Part shown: positions 16,579-25,702 of the stretch, piece after piece
Position numbering within the stretch: position 1 is the first letter of the stretch
Layout: every line of letters starts with the position of its first letter
Assembly (NCBI RefSeq): GCF_000146505.1
Contig: NC_017448.1
Coordinates: 210,001 to 242,000 of the forward strand
DNA from: Fibrobacter succinogenes subsp. succinogenes S85
Lineage (GTDB): Bacteria > Fibrobacterota > Fibrobacteria > Fibrobacterales > Fibrobacteraceae
DNA: 32,000 bases
Direction: 5' to 3'
The notes under the pieces: model-generated
What the model saw: the letters and a program-made list of their open reading frames with translations, nothing else
Database searches by the model: none
What the model was told of the DNA's origin: nothing
Position numbers and translations under genes: made by a program

Positions 16579-19500
16579 GCGTACCGACATCAAGAAGATT
16601 ATGCTCATCGGTTCTGGCCCGATTGTGATTGGCCAGGGCTGCGAATTCGACTACTCCGGCGTGCAGGCTTGCAAGGTGCTTCGTCGTGAAGGTTACGAAG
16701 TGGTGCTCGTGAACTCCAACCCGGCAACCATCATGACCGACCCGGAAATGGCTGACCGCACTTACATCGAACCGCTGAGCGTCGATATTCTCCACGAAAT
16801 CATCCGTCGCGAACGCCCCGATGCATTGCTCCCGACTCTCGGTGGCCAGACCGCCTTGAACCTCGCCATGGAACTCAACGAACGCGGCATTCTCGACCGC
16901 TACCAGGTGGAACTCATCGGTGCTAAAGCCGAATCCATCCAGCGCGCCGAAGACCGTCACTTGTTCAAGGAAGCCATGCTCAAGATCGGGCTTGACCTCC
17001 CCCGTTCCGGTTCCGCACACTCCATGAGCGAAGCAACCGCTATCGCCCACACCATCGGAAGCTGGCCGTTGATCATCCGTCCGGGCTTTACGCTTGGTGG
17101 TACTGGAGGCGGTATCGCCCACAACGAAGAAGAATTCGAAACCATCGTGAACCGCGGTCTTGACGCCTCGCTCAACAACGAAGTGCTTATTGAAGAATCG
17201 CTCCTCGGCTGGAAAGAATTCGAAATGGAAGTCATGCGCGATAAGAAGGGCAATGCCGTTATCGTCTGCTCCATTGAAAACCTCGACCCGATGGGTGTTC
17301 ACACCGGTGACTCCATCACGGTTGCTCCGATCCAGAGCCTTGATGACCGCGCCTACCAGGCCATGCGTGATGACTCCTTGAAGGTCATGGAAGCAATCGG
17401 CGTGGAAACCGGTGGATCTAACGTGCAGTGGGCTATCGAACCGAAGACCGGCCGTCGCATCATCATCGAAATGAACCCGCGTGTGTCCCGTTCTTCCGCT
17501 CTTGCATCCAAGGCAACGGGCTTCCCCATCGCAAAGATTGCAGCACTTCTCGCCGTGGGTTATACGCTCGACGAACTCCGCAACGACATCACGCAATCGA
17601 CCCCGAGCTGCTTCGAACCGGCTCTTGACTATGTTGTTGTAAAGGTCCCGCGCTTTACATTCGAAAAGTTCCCGAAGGCAGATTCCACGCTCGGCACCCA
17701 GATGAAGTCTGTGGGCGAAGCCATGGCCATCGGTACGAACTTCAAACAGGCTATGCAGAAGGCCCTCCGCTCTCTCGAAACGGGATTCGGCGGATTCGGT
17801 GCCTGCGCCAAGTGCGAAAAGTTCAAGGAATACGACGACGAAACGCTCGCCAAGGAAGTCGCACGCCCGAGTGCAGAACGCATCTTCGTAGTCTACGAAG
17901 CATTCCGCCGCGGCTGGGACATCGAAAAGCTTTACGATGTGACCAGAATCGACCGCTACTTCCTCCGTCACCTCGAAGAACTCGCCTGCTTCGAAGACGA
18001 AATCACGGCTGCAGGTTCTCTCGAAAACCTCGCCAAGGATAAGGCTCTCTTCCGCCAGGCTAAGGAATTCGGCTTCAGCGATATCCAGATCGGTTACCTC
18101 TTCCACAAGACTCCCGAAGAAGTCATGGCAGTGCGTAAGCAGATCGGTCTCGTCCCGAGCTACTACTCCGTCGATACTTGCGCCGGCGAATTCGAAGCTA
18201 TCACTCCTTATTACTATAGCTGCTACGCCGACAATACCGAACCGGTCCGCGAAATTCCGGGTCACCAAAGCAAGAAGCGCATCATGGTGCTCGGCGGTGG
18301 TCCGAACAGAATCGGTCAGGGCATTGAATTTGACTACTGCTGCTGCCACGCTGCATTTACGCTCCGCAAGCACGGCTTTGAAGTCATCATGGTGAACTCT
18401 AACCCCGAAACGGTTTCTACCGACTACGATACTTCGGACAAGCTCTACTTTGAACCGCTTACGCTCGAAGACGTGATGGGCATTTACGAACGCGAAAAGT
18501 GCGCGGGCGTGATTGTTCAGTTCGGTGGTCAGACTCCGCTGAACCTTGCTATGCGTCTCAAGAAGGCTGGTGCAAATGTCATCGGTACAAGCCCCGAAGA
18601 CATCGACCTCGCCGAAGACCGCGACTTCTTCAAGCAGCTCGTCACCAAGATTGGTATCAAGCAGGCCGAAAGCGGCATTGCACACAATGTCGAAGAAGCC
18701 CTCGCCATTGTCGATAAGATCGGTTACCCGGTTCTCGTGCGCCCGAGCTTCGTTCTCGGTGGCCGCGGCATGGTGATTGTCTACAAGGAAAAGTACCTCC
18801 GCAAGTTCGTGGAAGAAGCTGCCGCCATTGGCGAAGGCAAGCCGATCCTCATCGACCGCTTCCTCGAAGACGCAACCGAACTCGATGTGGACTGCATCAG
18901 CGATGGCAAGCACACCGTTATCGGCGCCATCATGGAACACGTGGAACCCGCAGGTATCCACTCCGGAGACTCCGCTAGCGTCATCCCGCCGATGACCCTC
19001 TCCAAGGAAATTCAGGACAAGGTCCGTGAATTCGCCAAGGAATTTGCAAAGGAACTCCACGTCGTGGGTCTCATGAACATGCAGCTCGCCGTCAAGGATG
19101 GCGAACTCTACATGATCGAAGTGAACCCGCGTGCATCCCGTACGGTGCCGTTCGTTTCCAAGTCCATCGGCGTGCCGCTCGCAAGCTATGCAACACGCTG
19201 CATGACCGGCGAATCTCTCGAACAAATCGGCTTTACCGAAGAAGTCCGCGTGCCTTACGTGAGCGTTAAGGAAGCTGTCTTCCCGTTCGTCAAGTTCCCG
19301 GGCGTCGACATCACGCTTTCTCCGGAAATGAAGTCCACTGGTGAAGTCATGAGCCTCGATCGCGACCGCGGTCTTGCCTACCTCAAGAGCCAGCTAGCAT
19401 CCGGCAACAAGGTCCCGAGCCAGGGCAACATTTTCGTCTCGCTCAAGGACGAAGACAAGCAGAAGGCAGTACCGCTCATTCGCCAGCTCGTGAACCTCGG

Positions 19501-19834
19501 TTACGAACTGTACGCCACCCGCGGCACCTCCACGATGCTCTACAACGAAGGCATCAAGACTCGCGCCGTATTCCGTATCTCCCGTGGTCGCCCGAACCTG
19601 CTCGACCTTATCCACGATAAGGAAGTGCAGTGGATCGTGAACACCACCGAAACTGGCGCAGAAGCCATGGTCGACGAAATCCAAATGCGCTCCAAGGCTG
19701 TGGTCTCTGGCATTCCTATCACGACGACCATCGCCGCCCTCACCTCTACCGTGGAAGGCCTCATGGACAAGCACGACTTCGGAAGATTCGAAGTGTGCAG
19801 TCTCCAGGAATACCATAGACACGTGAAGAAGTAA
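16571..19834 (+). CDS. carB: Carbamoyl-phosphate synthase large subunit
   Basis: The ATG at 16571 follows GGAGG and overlaps the carA stop by 8 nt. The product starts [30 protein letters not shown]. The ATP-grasp halves are duplicated (second copy [22 protein letters not shown]) and a C-terminal MGS-like domain is present. The ORF-track start (16547) is an upstream in-frame extension. Confidence 0.97.
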   Translation: MPKRTDIKKIMLIGSGPIVIGQGCEFDYSGVQACKVLRREGYEVVLVNSNPATIMTDPEMADRTYIEPLSVDILHEIIRRERPDALLPTLGGQTALNLAMELNERGILDRYQVELIGAKAESIQRAEDRHLFKEAMLKIGLDLPRSGSAHSMSEATAIAHTIGSWPLIIRPGFTLGGTGGGIAHNEEEFETIVNRGLDASLNNEVLIEESLLGWKEFEMEVMRDKKGNAVIVCSIENLDPMGVHTGDSITVAPIQSLDDRAYQAMRDDSLKVMEAIGVETGGSNVQWAIEPKTGRRIIIEMNPRVSRSSALASKATGFPIAKIAALLAVGYTLDELRNDITQSTPSCFEPALDYVVVKVPRFTFEKFPKADSTLGTQMKSVGEAMAIGTNFKQAMQKALRSLETGFGGFGACAKCEKFKEYDDETLAKEVARPSAERIFVVYEAFRRGWDIEKLYDVTRIDRYFLRHLEELACFEDEITAAGSLENLAKDKALFRQAKEFGFSDIQIGYLFHKTPEEVMAVRKQIGLVPSYYSVDTCAGEFEAITPYYYSCYADNTEPVREIPGHQSKKRIMVLGGGPNRIGQGIEFDYCCCHAAFTLRKHGFEVIMVNSNPETVSTDYDTSDKLYFEPLTLEDVMGIYEREKCAGVIVQFGGQTPLNLAMRLKKAGANVIGTSPEDIDLAEDRDFFKQLVTKIGIKQAESGIAHNVEEALAIVDKIGYPVLVRPSFVLGGRGMVIVYKEKYLRKFVEEAAAIGEGKPILIDRFLEDATELDVDCISDGKHTVIGAIMEHVEPAGIHSGDSASVIPPMTLSKEIQDKVREFAKEFAKELHVVGLMNMQLAVKDGELYMIEVNPRASRTVPFVSKSIGVPLASYATRCMTGESLEQIGFTEEVRVPYVSVKEAVFPFVKFPGVDITLSPEMKSTGEVMSLDRDRGLAYLKSQLASGNKVPSQGNIFVSLKDEDKQKAVPLIRQLVNLGYELYATRGTSTMLYNEGIKTRAVFRISRGRPNLLDLIHDKEVQWIVNTTETGAEAMVDEIQMRSKAVVSGIPITTTIAALTSTVEGLMDKHDFGRFEVCSLQEYHRHVKK

Positions 19835-19893
19835 GGCGGATGAAAGAGGGGAAAGTCTTCCCCTCGCTTCAGCCCCGTCCCACCCTTAGTGTC

Positions 19894-19923
19894 AAGCCCG
19901 CGCAAGCGGGCTTCTCCTTTTTA
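19894..19923 (+). terminator. Rho-independent terminator of carAB
   Basis: AAGCCCGC-gcaa-GCGGGCTT (19894-19913) is followed by CTCCTTTTTAT. An additional hairpin, GAGGGGAA-agtc-TTCCCCTC, lies at 19846-19865. Confidence 0.65.
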
Positions 19924-20032
19924 TACCCCACCCAAGCCGGGTCTTCCGCTACCCCTTCTAGCGGGCTTCAGACGCCAGCCCGCAACGCCTAGCTTACGCA
20001 TTTCACCTAATCATTCTTTCATGATAATGAAA

Positions 20033-20797
20033 TCAAAATTCAAACAAAATCCTATCAACTTTTATATAAGTTTCACTTTTATTAGTATTATAAAATGTTG
20101 GATGATATTTTCCCAAAATTGATGTCAAAACTCTCTTTTTTTCGTCATCCATACGCAATCCAAAATACACTTCCTTGAGATCTCCTGGAATTGGATGAAT
20201 GCCATTTCCTCCCCGAAATGAAAGCCTACATTCATGCTCATATTGCCAATCCGATGCTTTGTAACGAATTATCGCTTCGGGCATTTCTTCTTCAATTTCA
20301 TCGAAACCAAATGAAGTCCCTGTTGGATATTCATCTTTATTTGCGTATATCATCTCATGAAGCCAAAAGTCGAGTATATAATAAGCTTTTCCTCTGAATG
20401 TTGTAAAAGGTTCTTCAAAATCAACATTGCGACATAAAGGATTGTTAAATTCAAATCCCAAACAAAAGCCATTAAATTTATCAGCATAATGAGCCCACAT
20501 CAATGTATTGTCCCAATGTGGAGAAAGGCAAACAAAGCCCATTTTATGAACATCCGCTTTAAACTCATCTACAGTAGAATCCCAACTAATGCCATATTGT
20601 TTTTCTATTGCAGTTGGCTTCATTCTAAAATTACAGTCAAAAGGATCATTAAAGTCTTTTGGAGAGGAAAAATACAAACCACCACAAATTAAGGGCCCCA
20701 ACGTATTTGAATTATACGAAAAGAACCGGTAAAGCATTATTTTATCGGTTTCTTTGGCAGAAAGACTTAGCCAGCCTCTTTTATATTCTGGATCCAT
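20033..20797 (-). CDS. DUF2971 domain protein
   Basis: 254 aa. It contains LYFSSPKDFNDPFDC, MWAHYADKFNGFCLGF and SDWQYEHECRL, the signature motifs of DUF2971. The gene is strongly AT-rich. Confidence 0.8.
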   Translation of the reverse strand: MDPEYKRGWLSLSAKETDKIMLYRFFSYNSNTLGPLICGGLYFSSPKDFNDPFDCNFRMKPTAIEKQYGISWDSTVDEFKADVHKMGFVCLSPHWDNTLMWAHYADKFNGFCLGFEFNNPLCRNVDFEEPFTTFRGKAYYILDFWLHEMIYANKDEYPTGTSFGFDEIEEEMPEAIIRYKASDWQYEHECRLSFRGGNGIHPIPGDLKEVYFGLRMDDEKKRVLTSILGKYHPTFYNTNKSETYIKVDRILFEF

Positions 20798-20836
20798 ATT
20801 AACCTATTTTCAAATATTTTGCAAATAGAAAAATCG

Positions 20837-22015
20837 TTAATCCTTTACACATCGAACTGATCGAGCAAAACTAACAAATCCAACCCCATTAGTAGTATTT
20901 ACATATTCAGGACTATAATAAAGTCCTTCAGCACCAAATATTTTGTGATCGCTTACTCCATTAATTGTAGAAGGATTGTGGTAGCTTGAAGACCAAAACT
21001 TTGCGCTTTTACCAACACCAAGAACACCTAATTTTCCTCCATAACCTAAATCAATAAAATTGATCGTGCTTCCAACAAAATCAGCATATCCCGTAGGGAA
21101 AATATCAAAATTAACACTGTTTTTATTTTTTTCATTGTTAAGCCACCATCCTGTAGTTGCGCCTAATATTTGTCCTGCAACATCTTCGCCTCCCACTGTT
21201 GTTACAAGAAGTCGCCATTCTTCTATAGTGGGCAAGTGCCAACCATATGGGCATATTCCTTGAACTGGATATTTAGGCTTACAGATTGTATCATAACTAA
21301 AGTATCCGCAATTTTTTCCTCCAGTTGAAAAAATTGCAGCACTATCCATAGCTGCAGCCCAAGTGTAATAACGTCCATACTTTAAACAGCTGTCGTTATA
21401 GCAATAGCTTAAAGAATCTCTCATGGCAGTTGGAAAGATATAACCTCGATAATTTAAATTTTGAGCCATCCATGTTTGTTTTCCAATAGTGGTAATCTTG
21501 TAAATTTGACCATCTCTTGTGTCTTTCATGCAATTTTCATTTGTGCAAGGTTCTATTTTCCAATCATAACTACAATAATTTGAAGTCGAATTACAGATTT
21601 CGTCTAGATAATGACCTGTATTGCCATAACGTAACAAATCGAAGCAATATAAATTCCCATTAATAAGACTGTCTTTGAAATCAAAACAAGCTTGTAAACA
21701 AACATCAAAAAAAATACTATTATCCCGCCATTCTGAAGCACAGATATAATCATTTTCACAACTATAATATGCATCGCAAGATTTAACGCATTCGGAATTG
21801 TATGGTCGTTTAGAACATGTTTCTAATGGAGACTTAAAACATGTTCCAACGCTATCGCAAATCATTTTAGATACATCACTACTAGAACTAAATAAATCAA
21901 TTGTAGATGATGCTGGCAAATCTATTTTGTTTGTCAAATTCGTATTACTACTGGAATCATCACCGCAACTAGTCAAGAAGATTATCGTGACCAACGCTAT
22001 AATCAACCTTGTCAT
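20837..22015 (-). CDS. Lipoprotein with Cys-rich N-terminal region and C-terminal Fibrobacter succinogenes major paralogous (FISUMP, TIGR02145-like) domain
   Basis: The preferred start is the ATG at 22015, preceded by AAAGGGG. The product begins MTRLIIALVTIIFLTSC (lipobox). The C-terminal domain contains DTRDGQIYKITTIGKQTWMAQNLN, YGRYYTW, CPYGWHLPTIEEW, FWSS and SVRCVKD. The ORF-track start (22102) is an unsupported extension. Confidence 0.85.
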   Translation of the reverse strand: MTRLIIALVTIIFLTSCGDDSSSNTNLTNKIDLPASSTIDLFSSSSDVSKMICDSVGTCFKSPLETCSKRPYNSECVKSCDAYYSCENDYICASEWRDNSIFFDVCLQACFDFKDSLINGNLYCFDLLRYGNTGHYLDEICNSTSNYCSYDWKIEPCTNENCMKDTRDGQIYKITTIGKQTWMAQNLNYRGYIFPTAMRDSLSYCYNDSCLKYGRYYTWAAAMDSAAIFSTGGKNCGYFSYDTICKPKYPVQGICPYGWHLPTIEEWRLLVTTVGGEDVAGQILGATTGWWLNNEKNKNSVNFDIFPTGYADFVGSTINFIDLGYGGKLGVLGVGKSAKFWSSSYHNPSTINGVSDHKIFGAEGLYYSPEYVNTTNGVGFVSFARSVRCVKD

Positions 22016-22164
22016 TTTCGCCCCTTTCTGCCAAAGGCAGTCTGCGAGCTGCAGTCTTGTTCGGTAAGCTGTAGTCGTTTCTGCGGTTCGGCATTTCGGC
22101 AAGCTCAGTGACCTTAATTACCGACCTTCAGTGCCTTTATCAAGCGATTCCACACATTTTCTAG

Positions 22165-22373
22165 AAAACAAAAAAGGCATGGTGTCGCTCGGCTTATGCT
22201 TTGAAGGCTCTGGTAAACCCGCTATCTTAAGCACGACGGCTTACCAGGCAATATGCCTTAGCAAGTCGCGGGCAAACGCCCAACGACCCACACCCGATCG
22301 GTGTGAGCGTTCGTCTTCTTCCCAGATAGCGAGGCTTATGCCTCACAAAAGTTTACCAGACTTTTCAAAGCGG
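22165..22373 (-). ncRNA. Candidate structured non-coding RNA (family not recognised)
   Basis: This is a GC-rich island between AT-rich genes. The closing helix is GCTTTGAA/TTCAAAGC plus TCTGGTAAAC/GTTTACCAGA (18 bp, arms at 22351-22371 and 22198-22218). The GCTATCT/AGATAGC helix is nested inside it. At least four local hairpins are present. A G.U pair versus a C.A mismatch favours the minus strand. A TTGACA-16-TACTCT promoter sits just upstream and a U-run (CCTTTTTTGTTTTC) lies downstream. Stop codons occur in all minus-strand frames. Confidence 0.4.
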
Positions 22374-22532
22374 GAACAAGAGTACTACTCTAATTCAATA
22401 TGTCAATAGAAATATAACTTCTAACAACGGCAAAAGGTCTAAAAAGCCTCCTTAAAACTATTCAAAAAGCCCCATTTCAAGTCAGAACGGTGCCAAAACT
22501 TGCGATTTCGCCCCCAAAAATGTATATCGCCT

Positions 22533-22736
22533 ATGATATGGCATCAAGAAGCGCCTTATGATAACGACAAAAGTATTGATTCTTACAGATTGACAGACCT
22601 AAAAGAGCCGACAGATGAAATGCTTGCCCAAATCATGAGGGAAACTGCCGAAGACGCACGCAAGGCAAATGCAGAAGCTACCAATCGTTTTTTCGATGAA
22701 ATTGAAAAGATGTGCGAGAATGCTCGATCTCTGTAA
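22533..22736 (+). CDS. Small hypothetical protein (67 aa from the first ATG)
   Basis: The ORF reads MIWHQEAPYDNDKSIDSYRLTDLKEPTDEMLAQIMRETAEDARKANAEATNRFFDEIEKMCENARSL. It has no clear RBS and I recognise no family. Confidence 0.3.
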   Translation: MIWHQEAPYDNDKSIDSYRLTDLKEPTDEMLAQIMRETAEDARKANAEATNRFFDEIEKMCENARSL

Positions 22737-22789
22737 TTTACGAGACATCGTCTCAAATATTAGGAAGCTATCCCCTTGCAATACAGCAG

Positions 22790-22940
22790 CAAGCTCTTAG
22801 GGTTCAACGAAAAAAAAATCAAGCCCCTTTCATGGAGCTTCTTGCCGCCATCGAAGAAGGCGAAAAACTCACCCACGACTCGAATGCCCAAACGTATTCG
22901 ACACCGCAGGAACTTTGGGCCGAACAAGGCTTCTATACTA
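22790..22940 (+). pseudogene. Possible remnant of a RelB/DinJ-type antitoxin (C-terminal half only)
   Basis: The frame of ORF 22712..23032 reads ...APFMELLAAIEEGEKLTHDSNAQTYSTPQELWAEQGF. This resembles the conserved C-terminal tail of DinJ-family antitoxins (IPF...ETLAAIEE..K....P....Y.S.eEL...L). The N-terminal RHH is missing and no toxin partner is present. Confidence 0.3.
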
Positions 22941-23072
22941 GAATTTTTTGCATTTTTACGAAAAAAATCTGCCCAAAGCGTCCACTGTCACATTCTGACA
23001 TTGCAGGAATATATATTTGCAGGGAACGCTAAAACACCCGCCTTTTTCGCATGTAGGCGGCCGGAGGTAAAT

Positions 23073-24011
23073 ATGAACAGAAGCGAATTCATCGCCATGG
23101 CAAAGGACGTGCACGAGCATCCTGAGCACCTGGCAGACTACAGAAAAATCTACAAGAACGTTTATCCGTTCAGCGACGGCATCTTCAAGATGCTCATAGC
23201 CAACGAGGCGAAACCCGAACGGACTGTGAAATTCTTGAACGCAATGCTCGGGCTCACGGGAGACAAGGCCATAAAAACATATACCTTGGGGGTCCCAGAG
23301 AATCCTGGTGTGCTTAACGACAAGACCGCCATCTTCGACATCTACGGCACCACACAGGCAGGCGAGCCCGTGCTGATCGAGGTCCAGCAGAATTTCAACA
23401 CTCTGTTCGTTGACAGGCTCATCTACTACACCGCCCGTGTCATCTCGCGAACGGTCAAGAAGGCTCAAGATTACAATCTGCCGCATATCTACGTACTCTC
23501 CATCCTGACCGAAAATCAGTTCCCGAGGGAGCGCGACACCTATCTCCACCACGCCCAACTCGTGCGGAATCGCCATCTGTTCTACAGCAAGCTGGACATC
23601 TACCTTGTTGAACTAGAGAAGTTTTTCGCCATCGAGGACCGCACCCTGCCCGAGAACCGCGAACAGTCCGACAGGGCCGAAATGCTGCGGATTTTTCGCG
23701 ATGTCCTTGAAGACAAGGATATCCCCGAAGAAAAACTGAAACGGCTCCTTGACAAGGACTTTGCGAATGATGTATCTTTTAAGGGGTACACGGATGAAAC
23801 CCTTCTAAATGAGGTTGACGGAATGACGGACATGCTTTACGAAAAACAGGGCTCGTACCTGCAGGGAAAGGATGACGAACGTAATGAAATCGCCATCGCC
23901 ATGCTCGCCGAAGGTGATTCCATCGAGAAAATCGCCCGCGTGACCAAGCTTTCCGAGAATGACGTTCGCAAGTTGCAGGCAGAACAAGTCCGCGAAACGG
24001 CATCAGCATAA
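23073..24011 (+). CDS. Rpn-family recombination-promoting nuclease / PD-(D/E)XK putative transposase (TIGR01784-like)
   Basis: The ATG at 23073 follows GGAGGT. The product contains SDGIFKMLIANE, KTAIFDIYGTTQAGEPVLIEVQ (PD-(D/E)XK core D...E.Q), FVDRLIYYTARVI and YVLSILTENQF. Confidence 0.8.
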   Translation: MNRSEFIAMAKDVHEHPEHLADYRKIYKNVYPFSDGIFKMLIANEAKPERTVKFLNAMLGLTGDKAIKTYTLGVPENPGVLNDKTAIFDIYGTTQAGEPVLIEVQQNFNTLFVDRLIYYTARVISRTVKKAQDYNLPHIYVLSILTENQFPRERDTYLHHAQLVRNRHLFYSKLDIYLVELEKFFAIEDRTLPENREQSDRAEMLRIFRDVLEDKDIPEEKLKRLLDKDFANDVSFKGYTDETLLNEVDGMTDMLYEKQGSYLQGKDDERNEIAIAMLAEGDSIEKIARVTKLSENDVRKLQAEQVRETASA

Positions 24012-24040
24012 TCTTTTCCGAATAAAGCACACCTTAAGAC

Positions 24041-24071
24041 CACAATGCAACAGCAAAGCTCTTGCATTGTG
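24041..24071. terminator. Bidirectional terminator hairpin between the Rpn gene and the GH30 gene
   Basis: CACAATGCAA-N11-TTGCATTGTG is a perfect 10-bp stem followed by AAATTCTTTATTT on the plus strand. Confidence 0.55.
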
Positions 24072-24086
24072 AAATTCTTTATTTGC

Positions 24087-25583
24087 CTATCTCAGCACCA
24101 TTCGTTGCGTTTTGGCGTTCCCGAGTTTGACCATGTACACGCCGCGGCTTAAGCCTGCGCTTGTCATGGCGTTGCGGAGTTCATCGATATGCTCGGCTTG
24201 GAATTCGCCGATAAACGCTCCGATTGGGCTAAATACTTTATATGTGCTTTGGCGTTTTTGCGGTACAGAAAGTCTCCCGAAGGCAATTGATTCTGTTGAA
24301 TCCTTGGGCGGTTCCACCTTGGGCTCCTGCCACAGAATGAATTCGACGGTCGTTGCACTGCGGGCTGGGGCGCTGTAGCTGCATTTTGAGCCATCGACTT
24401 TGACTTCGCTTCCTTCCTTGAGGTTGTTATTGTCGTCGGTGACATAGGGCTTAAAGCTTCCAATCTTTGTGCTTCCGAAGTCAAAGTCCGCCTTGAATTC
24501 CTCATTCTTGGAATTGAGAATGACGACTGCAATTTTCGTCTTGAGGGAGTCGCGGTAGGCGGTGACCTTTACATCTCTTTCGGGTTTCTTGGTGGCGTCG
24601 ATTCTCCTCGCGCCGGGGCGTGCAAAGCGGCTGTAGTTTCCCATGACCCAGAGTCGCTTGGTAGGCTCCACGTTATCGGGGTTGCCTTGTCCTTGCGGCC
24701 AAAGCGCTCCATTACCACAGCTGGGTTCGCTACAGGAATAAATCCACCAGAAATGCCAAGCGTTCATGTTCGAAATAGTAAGGGCGTCGTGAATCATGTT
24801 TGCAACGCGGAGAGCGCTTCCCATGCCAACGTCTTCCTTGTTGCTTCCGAGATCGTAGACTTCGGTTTCCCAAAATTCTTTGCCGGCTTCGTGAATTTCA
24901 GGGTAAGCGGCGGGGTCTCCGCCGTATTCGTGCGTCCCGAAAATGTCCGTGTATTTCAGGGCGGCAGGATTGTTGAAGAAGGCTTTTTTATAATTGGGAA
25001 ATCCGTACCAGTTGATAGCTTCGGTGCCAATGATTTTGATGCCCGTGGTATCAAGGGTGGGACCAAGGTAGTCGCCGACCCAACGTGCCAATTCATCGGG
25101 TTCGTAGTGGTTGTCGCCGGTGCCGTCGGGCTCGTTTTGCGACGAAATTGCGTATAAGTTGACTCCAGCTTTTCGCATGTCTTGCGTAAACTTTAAGATG
25201 GTGTTTGCCCAGTCCTGGGCGTGATTGAAATCCAAATGTTTTTTATCGCCATCGTAATTGACAGTATATTTGGATGTCCACGGAGCAGCCCAAACTTTGA
25301 CGCCGTATTCACTCGCCTTTTTGGCGATACTTGTTTCGGAGGTGGAACCGTCCGGAGCAATACGGATGCGATGCAGGGTAAGCCCCGCGCCACTAGTGGA
25401 GTCCCAAAGGAAGGCGGCGTTCTTGTCGGTGATGGACCCCGCCCATGCTGATGCGGCACCAAAGCCGCTGATGCGCTGGTATTCCTTGCCCATGTCAACG
25501 TTTATCGTTGCAGCACAGGCTAGAGTGCTCAAAAATGCGATAGAACCCGCAAAAAGAGAAAATCCCTTCATTGAATACGTCAT
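24087..25583 (-). CDS. Secreted GH30 glycoside hydrolase (xylanase-like) with C-terminal sorting tail
   Basis: The ATG at 25583 has AGGAGG 5 nt upstream. The signal peptide is MTYSMKGFSLFAGSIAFLSTLACA. GH30-type motifs: ISGFGAASAW, WAAPWT, AISSQNEPD (acid/base Glu region), FGTHEY and FWETEV (nucleophile region). The C-terminal tail is YKVF...GLSRGVYMVKL. Confidence 0.85.
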   Translation of the reverse strand: MTYSMKGFSLFAGSIAFLSTLACAATINVDMGKEYQRISGFGAASAWAGSITDKNAAFLWDSTSGAGLTLHRIRIAPDGSTSETSIAKKASEYGVKVWAAPWTSKYTVNYDGDKKHLDFNHAQDWANTILKFTQDMRKAGVNLYAISSQNEPDGTGDNHYEPDELARWVGDYLGPTLDTTGIKIIGTEAINWYGFPNYKKAFFNNPAALKYTDIFGTHEYGGDPAAYPEIHEAGKEFWETEVYDLGSNKEDVGMGSALRVANMIHDALTISNMNAWHFWWIYSCSEPSCGNGALWPQGQGNPDNVEPTKRLWVMGNYSRFARPGARRIDATKKPERDVKVTAYRDSLKTKIAVVILNSKNEEFKADFDFGSTKIGSFKPYVTDDNNNLKEGSEVKVDGSKCSYSAPARSATTVEFILWQEPKVEPPKDSTESIAFGRLSVPQKRQSTYKVFSPIGAFIGEFQAEHIDELRNAMTSAGLSRGVYMVKLGNAKTQRMVLR

Positions 25584-25702
25584 AAAGCCTCCTTTTTGTC
25601 CCTTACTTTCTTTAAAGTAAGTTGAAAAATTCACTTTATATAAAGCTAAAATCGAATTTGTCTTGATAAAATGACAACAGCTTTATGGCGTTATACCCAA
25701 TT

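Noticed and set aside
16556-19225. 889-aa minus-strand ORF antisense to carB. The same applies to 15340..16311 (antisense to carA), 11164..12654 (antisense to GH5), 6293..6958 and 7328..7807 (antisense to GH43), and 23..581 (antisense to dnaJ).
   Set aside because: All of these are mirror frames of confidently identified genes. Their translations have no recognisable motifs and a biased composition (His/Arg/Val/Phe-rich).
22131-22409. 92-aa plus-strand ORF covering the GC-rich intergenic segment.
   Set aside because: It has no RBS and no protein-like pattern (Ser/Pro/Arg/Cys-rich). The region is better explained by extensive nested base-pairing (see the ncRNA finding).
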